Origin: Octopus vulgaris
Lineage: Eukaryota
NCBI GenBank assembly: GCA_951406725.2
Contig: OX597817.1
Location: 14,632,001 to 14,696,000, forward strand
Reading direction: 5' to 3'
Length of the DNA stretch: 64,000 nt
Part shown: positions 50,964 through 63,906 of the stretch, in pieces
Layout: each line of letters starts with the position of its first letter
Numbering within the stretch: the first letter of the stretch is position 1
Made by a program: the position numbers and the translations under genes
Notes under the pieces: model-generated
Database searches by the model: none
Told to the model about the DNA's origin: nothing
The model's input: only the letters and a program-made list of their open reading frames with translations

Positions 50964-51753
50964 TGGTACTGTTACTGCATATCTCTTGCTCAGAGATTTA
51001 AAACAAGTTGTTTTTCTCTTTGAAATCAATATCGTACATGTATTTAGTTTAACCTGGTTCAGCTAGCTAATTTTAAGCTCTTTCAAGTTAGAAGAGTGTG
51101 CAGTTAGATTTAGAAAACCAAGTTTGATAACATTAAAATTGACTTCCTTTTCAATTGGCACAAGATCTCAAATTTGCAAAGAAATTGCTATGGTATGGTA
51201 TGGTGTGACATTCATTTCTTTCCAAAGAACATTGATGTTGCAAAGGGAGGGGAGGGTCGTATAGTTTCGACTAGAAACCAAAACCAAATCACACAAACTT
51301 GGTTTCCCAAAAGCTTATCTTTCTAATTCTATGGTGCTTAGCTACAGTACATTAAAATTAATAATCAATAACCAAATTAAACATTCTTTGAAGATTCCAA
51401 CAAGTCAAGCATGTATCATTTAGCTGAATTGTATAACACTAAAACCATAAAGTCAAGCAGAAAAGAATGAATAGCATTTCAATTTACATTCACATAAACT
51501 GAAATTTACTAATATTTACCAAACAGATGAAACGTGAGGATCAATACACAGATGAAGGCTTATTTACATAGACAATTTAATAGACTGATATGACATTATA
51601 GCAGAGTAATGAAAACATTGATCTCAGATTTTTGGATATTCCTAACAAGTTATCGATCAGTTTACTGATTATAGTTTTGTTTCTCTAATAATACTAGCAA
51701 TCGTTTTGTAGTTGGAGGATCAAGGGAACAACAAAGAAAAGAAAAGAAAATGC

Positions 51754-51788
<35 letters not shown>

Positions 51789-52019
51789 CAGCAGCAGCAA
51801 ACAAAAAAAGAAAAGCAACAGCAGCAGCAATATATTTATGGAACTTATTTCACTGAGAGTAAAATATAAGCTCGGCTATAGTGTAAATTGAACTTGCTCT
51901 AAAGCAGTACACTTTAAGTGTAAACACTGTAAGCCATCTGACCCAACAGGTTCTTCTGAATACAACTGCACTGTATGGAAAAAACTGTGCTGCAACAACT
52001 TATAACATTCAATCATCGA

Positions 52020-53160
52020 AGAATATAATGTAGGAAAGGTGAGGACAATAATGATGCTAAGGTATTCGGAAGATCAGAACATCCTAGAACACCACCACCA
52101 CTCCCCCGCCAAAAGGTATGAAGAGGGAGGAAATGGAAAGCGGAAGAAGCAGTAAACAGTGTGATCGGAAAGTTAAGGCATGCCAATATAGTCAGAGAGA
52201 TACAAGGGGCAACAACCAGTCTAGGTTTGCACAATTTCAAGCCATTTTGCATGAGCAGAGTAAAAGAGATGAAAGAGGCAGTGGTATATGAAGTGAGAAA
52301 GGAAGAAAAAGAAAGGCAAAATGTACATTTAGTGCAATGTAGTCAACAGGGACAGTGCCTGAGATGGGAGGAATATGTGGTCAGTCGCAAAATCTCATAG
52401 AAGGAATTTTGGGCTTGGGAGGAAACAAGCAAGAATATCCTTCCAGATCTATTCTACCTTCGACGTTTTGCCTTTGCCAGCCAATTTAGTCCAGTGGAAC
52501 ATACAAAGAATTGATGAATGTAGATGTGGAGAGAAAGCAACAGTGAGACATGTTCTGTCAAACTACAGGCTAGCACTAGACAGATATACATGGCGTCACA
52601 ATCAAGTCCTTGGTGTCATAAGCACAGCACTCAAGGAGAAGATCAAGGGATATAATAGGAAAGAGTACCCAAAAGTGGAAAAGCGGGGAAAGATATACTT
52701 CCAGGAGGAGGGAAAAGGACATAAGACCAGGCCTTCAAAAAAATTATACGAGACAGATGAAAGATGGAAGGGATACTGGGAGCTGGCCACGGATTTGGAA
52801 AGACTTAATATTTCCACTCATAAAAAAGACCAGACTTAATCCTATGGAACACAGAATGAAAAATTGGAATTTTGCTAGAGCTGACAGTGCCATGGAAAGA
52901 GAACATCGCTAATGCAGAACAATGGAATGAGAGGAAGTATGAGAGATTAATCAAAGAGTGTGGGGAACAGGAGTGGACTGTCGAGTATTACAGTGGGGGC
53001 TAGAGGCTTCATTGAAAGGAAAATAGTGACGTTATTTAAAAGAAGGTTTGCATTTTCAAGCTCAGAGCTGTGAAAAGTAATAAGGAAGATACAGGAGGCA
53101 GTTGACAAAGCCAGCTTCTTAGCTGAAACAAGAAAACCTGAAATGGCTTGAAAGCCATGC
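52020..53160 (+). pseudogene. Decayed RLE-type (HERO/NeSL-like) non-LTR retrotransposon 3' part
   Basis: Zn knuckle CRCGEKATVRHVLS, RYTWRHNQVL, KRPDLILWN, LELTVPWKENI, RKY and VGARGF across frameshifts. Confidence 0.8.
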
Positions 53161-53901
53161 CAACTGGGAAATAGCATCACTAGGTGAGGCTGGCTGGCGC
53201 TTAAACAACACTGCTGCTTGACAGGTGGGCCAAGGGAACCATCTCATCCATTGCATACCCTCCTCCCTGATAGTTCGAAGGCTTCTTACTACCAGACAGA
53301 TAGTCAGCTCTGGTTGCTGGAGCTGAAACTAACACGACTCACTAGAGACGGCATGGGCCAAAACTATGCGCCCTTCCCCTCCATTGGTCAGTTGAAGCAT
53401 AGATTGTGTCACATGACAGTTAGCTGGTGCTAGCTACTGGAGTGCAAAAGAAAAAAGTGCATTCAACACCAGAGCTGAAAACACCTCTAAAAGTAGGGGG
53501 GGGGCACCGCATCAAAAATGGTAGAGAAGCAGGGGCTGAAACCAGACATGGTTCCTCCTAATGATGTCCTTAGCTACTGGATCTTATAAAGGAGCTGTTG
53601 AGGTAGTGAACCACGAAACGTGGTTGAAATTCCCCTTGTTTGTGACAAATCACAAAGTCAGATAGGGGTGTATTTACACAAGCATGGAAGTTTCAAGTTT
53701 TAGAAGTTAAAGTTGTTAAAATCATCGTTGTTTAACACCTGCTCTCAGTGCAAGCATGAGCTGGAAGGCCAACAGATTCCAATAAGGTGGAGAATGACAT
53801 CATGCTCCAATCTCTATTTTACCATGCTTTCTACAGTTGGATGCCTTTCATAATGCCAGACACATTACAGGGTGTACTGAGTGCTTTAATCATAGCACAG
53901 C

Positions 53902-54091
53902 CCAATATATTCTACATGTTTTATATTCAAACTGGCCATATCTAGCCTCTCACTCCTAACCTACAATGTCATTCTGAAAATAAGCAATCACATCATTGAA
54001 ACCTCAAAGCTATAAGATAATGCATGATTAATTCAAAACAATTTGAGTGAAAAGGTATTACATTTAACAGAGTAATCTGAACACTAAAGGG
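53902..54091. mobile_element. One-ended MITE P2 inside an old family B SINE (53725-54135)
   Basis: ...ctaaaggg|TTAA is present; the other end is missing. Confidence 0.75.
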
Positions 54092-54475
54092 TTAATCATA
54101 GCACAGCACTAGTGAGGTAGCCTTGCATCTTGCAAGACTAACTGAAGGAGAATGGGATAGAGACAGAGAGGGAGAGATAAAAAGAGACAAAAAGAGAGTG
54201 ATGATTTTAGGTGAAGTGGTGAAAAAGAGTGAAGCATGATGAGAGGAACAGATTCACAGTTGTGAGAGAGTGTTAGTGTTGAGAGTAACAGAGTAGATAT
54301 TATTGAGGGAGGAAGTATGGAAGGAACAAGGGTAAAGAGAGGGATTAATGCTAGAGGTTAGTTAGAAAGAGAGGGACAGAGTGGTGAGAATGATGGTGAT
54401 GGTGTTGGCTGTTTAGAGGGTGTCCAGGGGTATCCTATCTTGTAACGGTGAGTATTGGTGGAAGGTATGAGGTAA

Positions 54476-54706
54476 GGCGGCGAGCTGGCAGAATCGTTAG
54501 CACGCCGAGCGAAATGTTTAGTGGTATTTCGTCCGTCTTTACGTTCTCAGTTCAAATTCCGCCGAGGTCAACTTTGCCTTTCATCCTCTCGGGGTCGATT
54601 AACTAAGTACCAGTTACGTACTGGGGTCGATATAATCGACTTAATCCGTTTGTCTGTCCTTGTTTGTCCTCTCTGTGTTTAGCCCCATGTGGGTAGTAAA
54701 GAAATA
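54476..54706 (+). mobile_element. SINE family C, full length with TSD
   Basis: Flanked by aggtatgaggtaagg. Confidence 0.9.
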
Positions 54707-55249
54707 GGTATGAGGTAAGGGAGCATGTAAGAGAAGAGATACATAAGGATAGCAAGGATCCAGAGAAAGAAGGTGAAAGAGAATGGCTGGGAAACGTGGG
54801 GTCATGCCAGAGAGATGAGAGGGGAGGGCTGAAGTGATGAGGTAGTTGTATGAGAGGACAGTATGAAACAAAAAAGCAGAAAGGGAGTGACGGATGGCAG
54901 TGGGTGAGCATGTATCACAAGATATGATTGAAAGTGTAATGATTGAGGTGAATGGGGAAATGGATGGAGAAAAGGAAAGTGAACTTAGGTAGAGTGATGC
55001 CAATGGACCAATACAGTTTCTTGTACATAGGCCTAGTGAAGGGAGAGGTGTGAAGCTAGAGTGATGGAGAGTGGTGTGCAGTTGGTGGGGAGGGGCAGGC
55101 AATCATTCATAGTTTGCGAGCTTCTATGAGTGAAGAGTTAAAAGGTGGAGAGGTACAAGTGAAAGAAGAATGAGTTGAATGAAAGGGTAGATAAGAGGAG
55201 GGTTAAATGTGCAAAGAGTGGCAGCGAGCATAGGCTTGGCATGATACAA

Positions 55250-55560
55250 ATCATCATCATCATCATCATCGTTTAACGTCCGCTTTCCATGCTAGCATGG
55301 GTTGGACGGTTCAACTGGGGTCTGGGAAGCCCGAAAGCTGCACCAGGCCAGTCAGATCTGGCAGTGTTTCTACAGCTGGATGCCCTTCCTAATGCCAACC
55401 ACTCTGTGAGTGTAGTGGGTGCTTTTTATGTGCCACCGACACAGGTGCCAGACGAGGCTGGCGAATGGCCACGCTCGGATGGTGCTTTTTACGTGCCACT
55501 AGCACGGAGGCCAGGCGAGGCTGGCAACAGCCACGATCGGATGGTGTTTGTTACGTGCCC
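55250..55560 (-). mobile_element. SINE family B
   Basis: (cat)n tail and internal units. Confidence 0.85.
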
Positions 55561-55649
55561 CAAATATATACACATAAACATGTCCACGCATATATACAAG
55601 CTTGTGCATACGTGTATATGTTTATGTGTGTTCGTGTGTGCCTATGTCT

Positions 55650-57240
55650 ATATATAGGAACACAAATGGATCGTTTGTGTTCTTATTTTATGCAAACACC
55701 ATACCTGGAACTTTCCCCTATAATGGATTTGGAACAGACAGCGGGATGCATGGTTGCTCTTAAATACAAAGACCCTCCTTGGTGAAGAATGCACATGGCA
55801 ACATAGACTAGTTATTAGTGACTTTAGACTCAAGGCTAAAAGGATGCCAAAAAGCAGATCAATCTGGAAAAGAAGGACTTGGAAGCTTAGGAGCCCTTCA
55901 CATGGTCAGAGATTTAAGGATATCCTTACAGAGAAATTTGATGATAGGGAGGAGGAGTTACAGTCCTGTGACATAGAAGGCAGCTGGTAATTCCTGTGAG
56001 ATAGCTTGCTCAGTACCACAGACCAAATCTGTGGCAGGTGCAAAGTTCCTTCCAGACCCAGGGTAACATGGTGGTAGAACAATACTGTAGATAGGGCCAT
56101 TAGAACAAAGAAACAGGCTTGGAATAGCTGGAAGATTTGGGGTAGCAGGAGAGTGTATCAGAGAGCCAAAAAGGAAGCTAAGAGACAGGTGTATATAGCG
56201 AAGGGAGTAGCAGAAAAGAAGAAGTCTGCCAATGTTCAGCGACATGAAGACCAAAGAACTGAAGTATTTCAGATTGCAAGACAGTGTGTGAGAGAAAACT
56301 GTGATGTCATAGGAGAGAAATGTGTCTGCATGGATGATGGTGCCCTTGCATTTAATAATTCTGCAAAGAAAGAGGCTTGAAGAAACCATTATGAAAGACT
56401 GCTGAATGTGAGAATGAATGGGAGGAGGAGAGTCTACCAAACGTTGACCCAATTGAGGGACCAGCTGTCAACAGTACCCAGGTAGATAAAGCAATTAAGG
56501 ATATGAAGACAGGGAAAGTGCCTGGCCCATCAGGAATCACAACTGAGATGCTTAAAATATCGGGTGATGTGGATTATGGTCTTGTCTCCCACATCATAAA
56601 TCAAGTAGTTCATGAAGGAGTCATACCCAATAACTGGTGTAGCAGCACCATAATCAACTGTTACAAGGGGAAAGGTGATACTTAAGATAGAAATATCTAT
56701 AGGAGTATCAAATTATTGGATCAGGTGATGAAAGTTACAGAAAGGGTCATGGCCCAACTAATTAGGGAGAGAGTTAACCTATATGAGATGCAGTTTGGTT
56801 TTGTACCAGGCAGAAGCACCACTGATGCTATATTTCTGGTAAGGCAACTGTAGGAGAAATATGTAGCCAAAGATAAACCTCTGTACTTGGCTTTTGTTGA
56901 CTTGGAGAAAGCCTTTGACAGGGTCCCCCAATCCCTTATTTGGTGGTCAATGTGGAAACTGGACATAGATGAGTGGCTAGTAATAGCAGTACAAGCCCTG
57001 TACAGGGATATTGTCAGTAAGGTGAGGGATGGCAATGAGTACAGTGAAGAATTCCGGGTAGAAGTAGGGGTTCACCAAGGATCAGCCTCCTCTTATTCAT
57101 TATAGTCCTCCAGGCAATAACAGAAGAATTTAAGACAGGATGCCCCTGGGAGCTTCTCTATGCTGATGACCTTGCTCTAATACCTGAGTCACTGCCAGAA
57201 CTGGAGATGAAGTTTAGGGTGTGGAAGCAAGGTCTAGAAA
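55650..57240 (+). pseudogene. Decayed RTE-clade LINE (APE C-terminus + RT)
   Basis: QHRLVISDF, MKTGKVPGPSGITTEMLK, YRSIKLL, QFGFVPGRSTTDAIF, FVDLEKAFDRVP, GVHQGS, LLYADDL; many stops. Confidence 0.9.
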
Positions 57241-58260
57241 TTTTTAACATTCACATCCCTTATTATAATCAGTCCCTACAAATAAGAAGCTTCCATGAAA
57301 AAATCTATTATATCCCCAACACTAAGCTTAAAACTAAAATAGCACATCTCTTCCCCAATACTAACCTTGAATCTTCAGACACTACTTAAACTCCACCCCA
57401 ATCCAACAACCCCCACCAAAAGAAAACCCTACACATCACACTTGACCACACCACTGGCCGCCCTGAGCCTATAACAACTATAAGCGCCCCGCCCCTGCTG
57501 ATCAGCCCACTACAACCACACACACTAAGCAATCTAAGGTTTGCATCACTTTTCTCTCTCGAAGTTAAATCTCTAACTAAACGCTTCTTTATAATTCTAA
57601 AATCTAATTTTCCACCAAACCATAAATACTATCCCAACTTTAACAAATCATCTGTGAAAATTTCTTACTCCACCACACCTAATTTAGGGTCCATAACCAC
57701 CTCCTCGAACAAACGCAAACTCCAACACCAGTCCTCTGAACACCTGAACTCTTACATTGCACTCCATGTCAGCCCACAAAGTAGCAATAACGCAATCCTT
57801 AATAACCCACCTCAATTAAATATTACTAGACTCAAGCCATCATCCCACAATCCTACCTATGCAACAACAAATACTAGCTCCAATACCACCTCCCAATCCA
57901 ATAAAAATTACACTTTAGATTCTCCCCCACTGATAACAAGCCAACTAATCTCAACCTCACTAGTAGTAAACCTTAACTACAGAGCAAGTAGGAAACCTTG
58001 CAACTGCTGCACATCTCAATTATTTCCTGTTGCAGGCTTGTGTCTACGTAAAAATGTAATCTACAAGTGCCATGTTATAACACCACGTTCCCACCAAGCA
58101 AGGGTATATATCAGCAGCACCATAGATTTCAAGCACCACTACTGTGCATATATGAACTCTTTCACTAATCCAAATTCTAAATTATCAACCTTCTTAGCAA
58201 CATATATACACAACCTCAAATCGCAAAGTATTTCATGACTTTTGTATATAAAAATGTGGA
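57240..58260 (+). pseudogene. Decayed Penelope-like (Naiad-type) linker + GIY-YIG
   Basis: NFPPNHKYYPNFNKSSVKISYSTTPNL...CNCCTSQLFPVAGLCLRKNVIYKC...VYISST.DFK...SF...ST.LATYIHNLK matches the recalled PLE pattern FN..TVKISYS..PN / CNC....CP..G.CL...VY. Confidence 0.7.
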
Positions 58261-59780
58261 AATTAGCAGCATTGTCAAATTGCTGCTACTACTACTGCTG
58301 TTGTTTCTATTACTGCTGCTACTACTACAACTACACACCCTGTTGCTGCTACTGCACATTCTCAAATATATAACTCCCACAAGATCTTCAATTCCTGTTG
58401 TTGTTCAGGCTACCAGGAGCCAAAATTCAATTCCCAGTTGAAACTACTTCATGTCAAGAACCATATTCTTCACATAGCAAATCCCAGACTCTGAAGCACC
58501 TTAGAGCTTCATAATGCTTTAAGTTCACTGAGCTAAGCCACTGTAGCAAACCTAGCAGATACTCTCCATCTATTGGTCAAGATTTATCGGTTAGTTTATG
58601 ATAACTGTAACAAATAAAAACGTATTGTATGTACTTTTCAGTAATCAAAGGGTTGATGGTTCGAATTTGGTCAATGCTGTTCTATTTTTAACATGTTTAT
58701 AATGAAAATAGGTCACATCTTAAAGTCAAAGATGAGTATGGATATATATCATAGTCCTCAAATTGAATAAGCTTCATCCTTTGTCAGTGTATCGAATCAT
58801 TTTTTTAATGCACTGACCATAGTCACTGAAAAACTTTAACTATAGTATTTTTAATCTAATTGGTTATCACATCCATCATTCATACCTTCGACTATATTTC
58901 TCAAGAATATAATCATTTGCTACATATAATATCAACAAAAATCAATATTTATTTAACCAGCCCACTATCATCATTCTCATAACAATCAAATGCTATTCTT
59001 GCCAAATATTGTCTATTTCTCAAGGGAAAATAAGAAAAAAATAATAGCATCTTTTCAAATATATATAATTTACAATTAAATAGCAACACAAATACTGTAT
59101 TCTTCACCTAATATCCTATTCTGAAAAAAAAAAAAAAGAAACAGAAAAATATGGTTAATTTGCATATCTATGCTTCTGCTTTGTGTAACTATCTCCAGAC
59201 ATAAAGAAACCCATTAAAAAGTAAAATATTAATCACATTCAAATAATTTTACTCTCCACACATTCTCTTTTCCACCAAGATGATCATTATTCCTATTTTC
59301 TCGCCTATTTTATCATGTTGGCATTGTTTAGACTAATCAATCGATATTTTATTTATCTCACACAAGCGTAAGAGAATCACTTGCTTGACTTCCCATAATC
59401 AGGCGTATCCATCAATTAAGAAATTTTCCCAAAGGCATTAAGAATTTAAGTGAAAATAAAATAACTACACCAAGGAAACAATGACATTGTGGATTTAGCA
59501 TACCTTTTATTTAACAATGCACATCAACAATTAGTCATATCTGGAAAAATCCTCCTACACTTTATTGTAATTTCATCAAATGCTCTATTTCTTAGATTAT
59601 AAAGAAAACTTAGGCAAACCACCTCCACAATGAATATTCAAACTGTTGGAGCTAACACTGAAGCCTCTGAAATGATTTTAACAACTTTCTAGAAATCATA
59701 GCCAAATTTCCCTCAAATACTCTCCTGCCTTGAACAAAAAAAAAAAAGAGTGCATGAGATAATATTGTCCATATAACCTT

Positions 59781-60180
59781 ATGCCTGTGCTAGTAAGGTG
59801 CCAAGAACACCATCCGAGCGTGATCGTTGCCAGAGCAGCCAACTGGCTTCCATACCCGTGGCACGTAAAAGGGGCACCATTCGAGTGTGATCATTACCAA
59901 CGTCGCTTCACTGGCACCTGTGCCGGTGGGACGTGTAAAAAGATTCGAGTGAGGTCATTGCTAGTACTGCCTGACTGGCCCCCGTGCCAGTGGCACATAA
60001 AAAGCACCCACTACACACTCGGAGTGGTTGGTGTTAGGAAGGGCATCCAGCTGTAGAAATTCTGCCAGATCAGACTGGAGCCTGGTGCAGCTATCTGGTA
60101 GCCAGCCCTCAGTCAAATCATCCAACCCATGCTAGCATGGAAAACAGACGTTAAATGATAATGATGATGATGATGATGAT
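59781..60180 (+). mobile_element. SINE family B
   Basis: Internal repeats, tail and (gat)n. Confidence 0.85.
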
Positions 60181-61193
60181 AACCCTAAAAATAGATGTAT
60201 TTGAACAAGGTTGATTCGGGGGCTGGATAGTTAAATCTAACTTGTATCTAAAAGAAAAGAAAATACCAACATGAATAGGAAAAGGTCTGCATCACATCTA
60301 CCTCTGCATTTAACATCTTCTCCAACAACTGCATCATTACTAGTTAGTATACAGTTCATAACCAAGAGAACTAAAGCTACATCTGTCTTCAAACTATTTC
60401 ATTCTTTATATCTCTCTAGAGATAAGACTTTGCCAGTTCCATGCAATTTAGCCCTAGCAATAAATGTTTGTTGTGCCTCAACCCATTCAAATAAGGAAAT
60501 AATAAAAAAAAAAAAAAAATAGAAAATAAAAAAAAAAAGAGAGAGAGAGAGAAAAGAAAATAGAATTCTCTTTGGTATATCCATTTATATTCTCCATTGT
60601 TCTGAAAGCTACAAACATAACAAATAAATGTAGGTTTGCTGTAAAGCAAACAGAGACACTTATCAAAACTTTTTATCACTGCATGAAATCAATACAAGAA
60701 AATCAGAACTAAGACATTCAAAAATTCCTCTTCTTCTTTTCCACAACTGCAGTCGTACACACGTTGGTTACTAATCTAATAGATCTCACCCACTGGCAGA
60801 TAATCTTTCTTTCGTCACTTATTTAATTCAGATAACACTACTGTAATCTTAGCTCCATACCTGTAACTTTCCTCTGCTGCCAAGAAACACTATACCCTTC
60901 ATTTCTTTAGAAGCATTCAGATAAAACATATATGTTTTCTCAAGTGTTCTTTAAAATTTGTTTCTAATTAACCATTGTGGTGAAATGATGTGCTGGGTGT
61001 TTGTGTGTGTCTTGTTTACTCGAAGCTAAGGCTTCAATCTGTGCTAATCTCTGTTTTCTATTACCATTAATCTACTAAATATATGTGTGTGAGTGTGTGC
61101 ATATAAAATTCAAATATATATATATATATATACATACATTCAAATTCAAATATATATATATACATACATACACACATATCAAAATGTTATACA

Positions 61194-61227
<34 letters not shown>

Positions 61228-61299
61228 TCTCTCTCTATATATATATATATGTGTGTGTGTGTGTAAAATACATCTAAATTTTACATATATGTGTGTGAG

Positions 61300-61339
<40 letters not shown>

Positions 61340-61614
61340 TACATTTTAGACACAGATATCTAGATATAAATCTTATATAAATTTCACAATCACCTATCCG
61401 TCTATACACATACACACACAAATATAGATTTTATATAGATAAACAAATCTTAGAGATATCTATATAATCTTATATAGTATAAATTATATATATATGTATG
61501 TATATGTGACAAGAAATAATTTTTGTTTCTCTTTATAGAAACAAAAAAGATATATAGGACTGCAAAAAGGAAGTGCACAAATGAAATTGATTTTTATATA
61601 TATAAATAATATAT

Positions 61615-61667
<53 letters not shown>

Positions 61668-61671
61668 TACG

Positions 61672-61715
<44 letters not shown>

Positions 61716-61832
61716 TGTGTGGTGTATGTGTATGTGTGCGTCTAAAGACATCAGAGTCTAAGTTTGAATTATTTGAGTGCTACTAAATGTTTTCTAAACC
61801 AAGCATCTCTGGATCTCAACTGAACTGCTGAC

Positions 61833-61863
<31 letters not shown>

Positions 61864-61889
61864 GCACAGATGTGTGTGTGTGTGTGTGG

Positions 61890-61929
<40 letters not shown>

Positions 61930-61974
61930 GTACATATGTGTGTATATATATATACATATATGTAAGTGTGTGCA

Positions 61975-62010
<36 letters not shown>

Positions 62011-62527
62011 CTTTATTTAAAAGCAGCAGAAATATAACAAAAGCTGTTACTCAGAGTTTGTGTGTATATTTAGATCTTACATATATATTTCTGCATATGT
62101 ATGCAGTCTGTATATATCCATGTGTATTTTCATGTATATATGTATATTGCTGGTTTAGTATGCATATATACTGTTGTAAAATATTTAAATTTTTAATATA
62201 TTAATTGTATTAATTGAATTATATTTCATATATAATTATTGACAATATGTATTTTGAATCCACTCTTCGATTTAAGGTTTTTCCTGAATTTTTTGCAATA
62301 GGATGAATTTATATTGAATTCATTTATTTCGTTTATTTTGTTTATCGCATGCTTAAGACCGTTATTTGAAAGGACCAATGAAACAAATCCATTTTTAAAG
62401 GTGTATCCTTTAACTAGATTTGATCATATTGTTATATCTGTACTATTTTAACAAAACTGTCAAACAAACGGGAATGCGAAACTCTGAGTAACAGCTTTTG
62501 TTATATTTCTGCTGCTTTTAAATAAAG
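62011..62527. repeat. Perfect 49-bp inverted repeat (62011-62059 / 62479-62527), PLE-like
   Basis: ctttatttaaaagcagcagaaatataacaaaagctgttactcagagttt and its exact reverse complement. Confidence 0.85.
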
Positions 62528-62723
62528 CATATTACTCTACCACTGGTATTTGAGTACTCTTTTTTCCACCTTGTTTCACATCTATGTGCTTACTCCGGTA
62601 TATATTTATATATATATATATTTCCTGCCAATTCATCATGTTGAACTATTAGCCCCTATACATTTTTTCTCTCTCCATTTTTTTTTTTTCATTCTCTCCC
62701 CGGTTGTTTTTTTTCCTCTCAAT

Positions 62724-62761
62724 CCTTTCTGTCGAAGAGTGTAAGCTTAAAACGTAAAAGA
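62724..62761 (+). ncRNA. Decayed A6U hammerhead in pLTR-like repeat
   Basis: ccttt-CTGTCGA-a-gagt gtaa gctt-aaaa-cg-ta-aaaga. Confidence 0.45.
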
Positions 62762-63477
62762 CTTTTCCATTCTTCCCAAGCGTTAAACTAATACACCTCC
62801 TTGTTGCTTCTTCATCTGCCTTCGTTTTTTTGTTTTCTGTAAATTTTAGCTATATATATATATATACACCTACATATGTATATACATAAATACATTTATA
62901 CATATACATACATTTGTGTGCCTGTGTGTGTATGGAACTTTTCTATGGTGGCATGTTGTGGGGACTGAACCTGAAACCATGTGGTTGAAATGCAAAATTC
63001 TCAACCACACAGCCATGTCTGTCTATGAGTACATTTTTGTGTTTGTATGTCTGTGTGTGCAGGCATGCTTTATATAGAAGCCCTGTATGGCTGATTCCAT
63101 CTCTCCACATAAGCATGTCCAAGCTGTTTATTAATTACCTATTTGGAAGCAAGTGGGGACTGGAAACACAAAGTGCTTCTGACCATAGAAAACTCTACCC
63201 CAATGTACTTTCATCCGGCCCATGCGAACATGGAAAAATAGACATTAAAATGGTGATGGCAGGGAAGGGTGATCAGAGTTTAGGATTAGCTGGCTGTGGC
63301 AAGAACTACTATGTGGAATTAAATTATCTTAGTTTTGATATGATTTCTAAATGCAGAAAAAGGGAAAAATATTTTTTTGTAGATGAAATTGTTTGAGGAC
63401 AATTGTAAATAGTACTTAAAAGACGTGGGGCAATTTCTATAATTTCAGGTAGATATTTGTAGACACATGCAGTGCTA

Positions 63478-63906
63478 AGAGCACCATCTGAGCGTGATCG
63501 TTGCCAGAGAAACAAACTGGCTTCCGTGCCAGTGGCACGTTAAAAGCACCATCCAAGCATGATCGTTACCAGCGTTGCCTTACTGGCACATGAAAAAAAT
63601 ATTCGAGTGAGGTCATTGCCAGTTCCGCTGGACTAGCTTCTGTACAGGTGGCATGTAAAAAACACCACTTGAGCGTGGCTGTTGCCAATACTGCCTGACT
63701 GACCCTCGGGCCGGTGGCACGTAAAAGCACCCACTACACTCTCAGAGTGGTTGGCATTAGAAAGGGCATCCAGCTGTAGAAACTCTGCTAGATCAGATTG
63801 GAGCCTAGTGCAGCCATATGGTTCACCAGACCTCAGTCAAATCTGCCAACCCATGCAACTAGCATGGAAAGCAGACGTTAAACGATGATGATGATGATGA
63901 TGATGA
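63478..63906 (+). mobile_element. SINE family B
   Basis: Internal repeats, tail and (gat)n. Confidence 0.85.

Noticed and set aside
52375-52839. 154-aa ORF (and the 194-aa ORF at 57654) as host genes
   Set aside because: They are fragments of frameshifted retroelements.
53594-53626. ctgttga...ccacgaaacgtg as another A6U hammerhead
   Set aside because: No stem I pairing and G at position 17; better explained as a simple hairpin aaccacg-aaa-cgtggtt.
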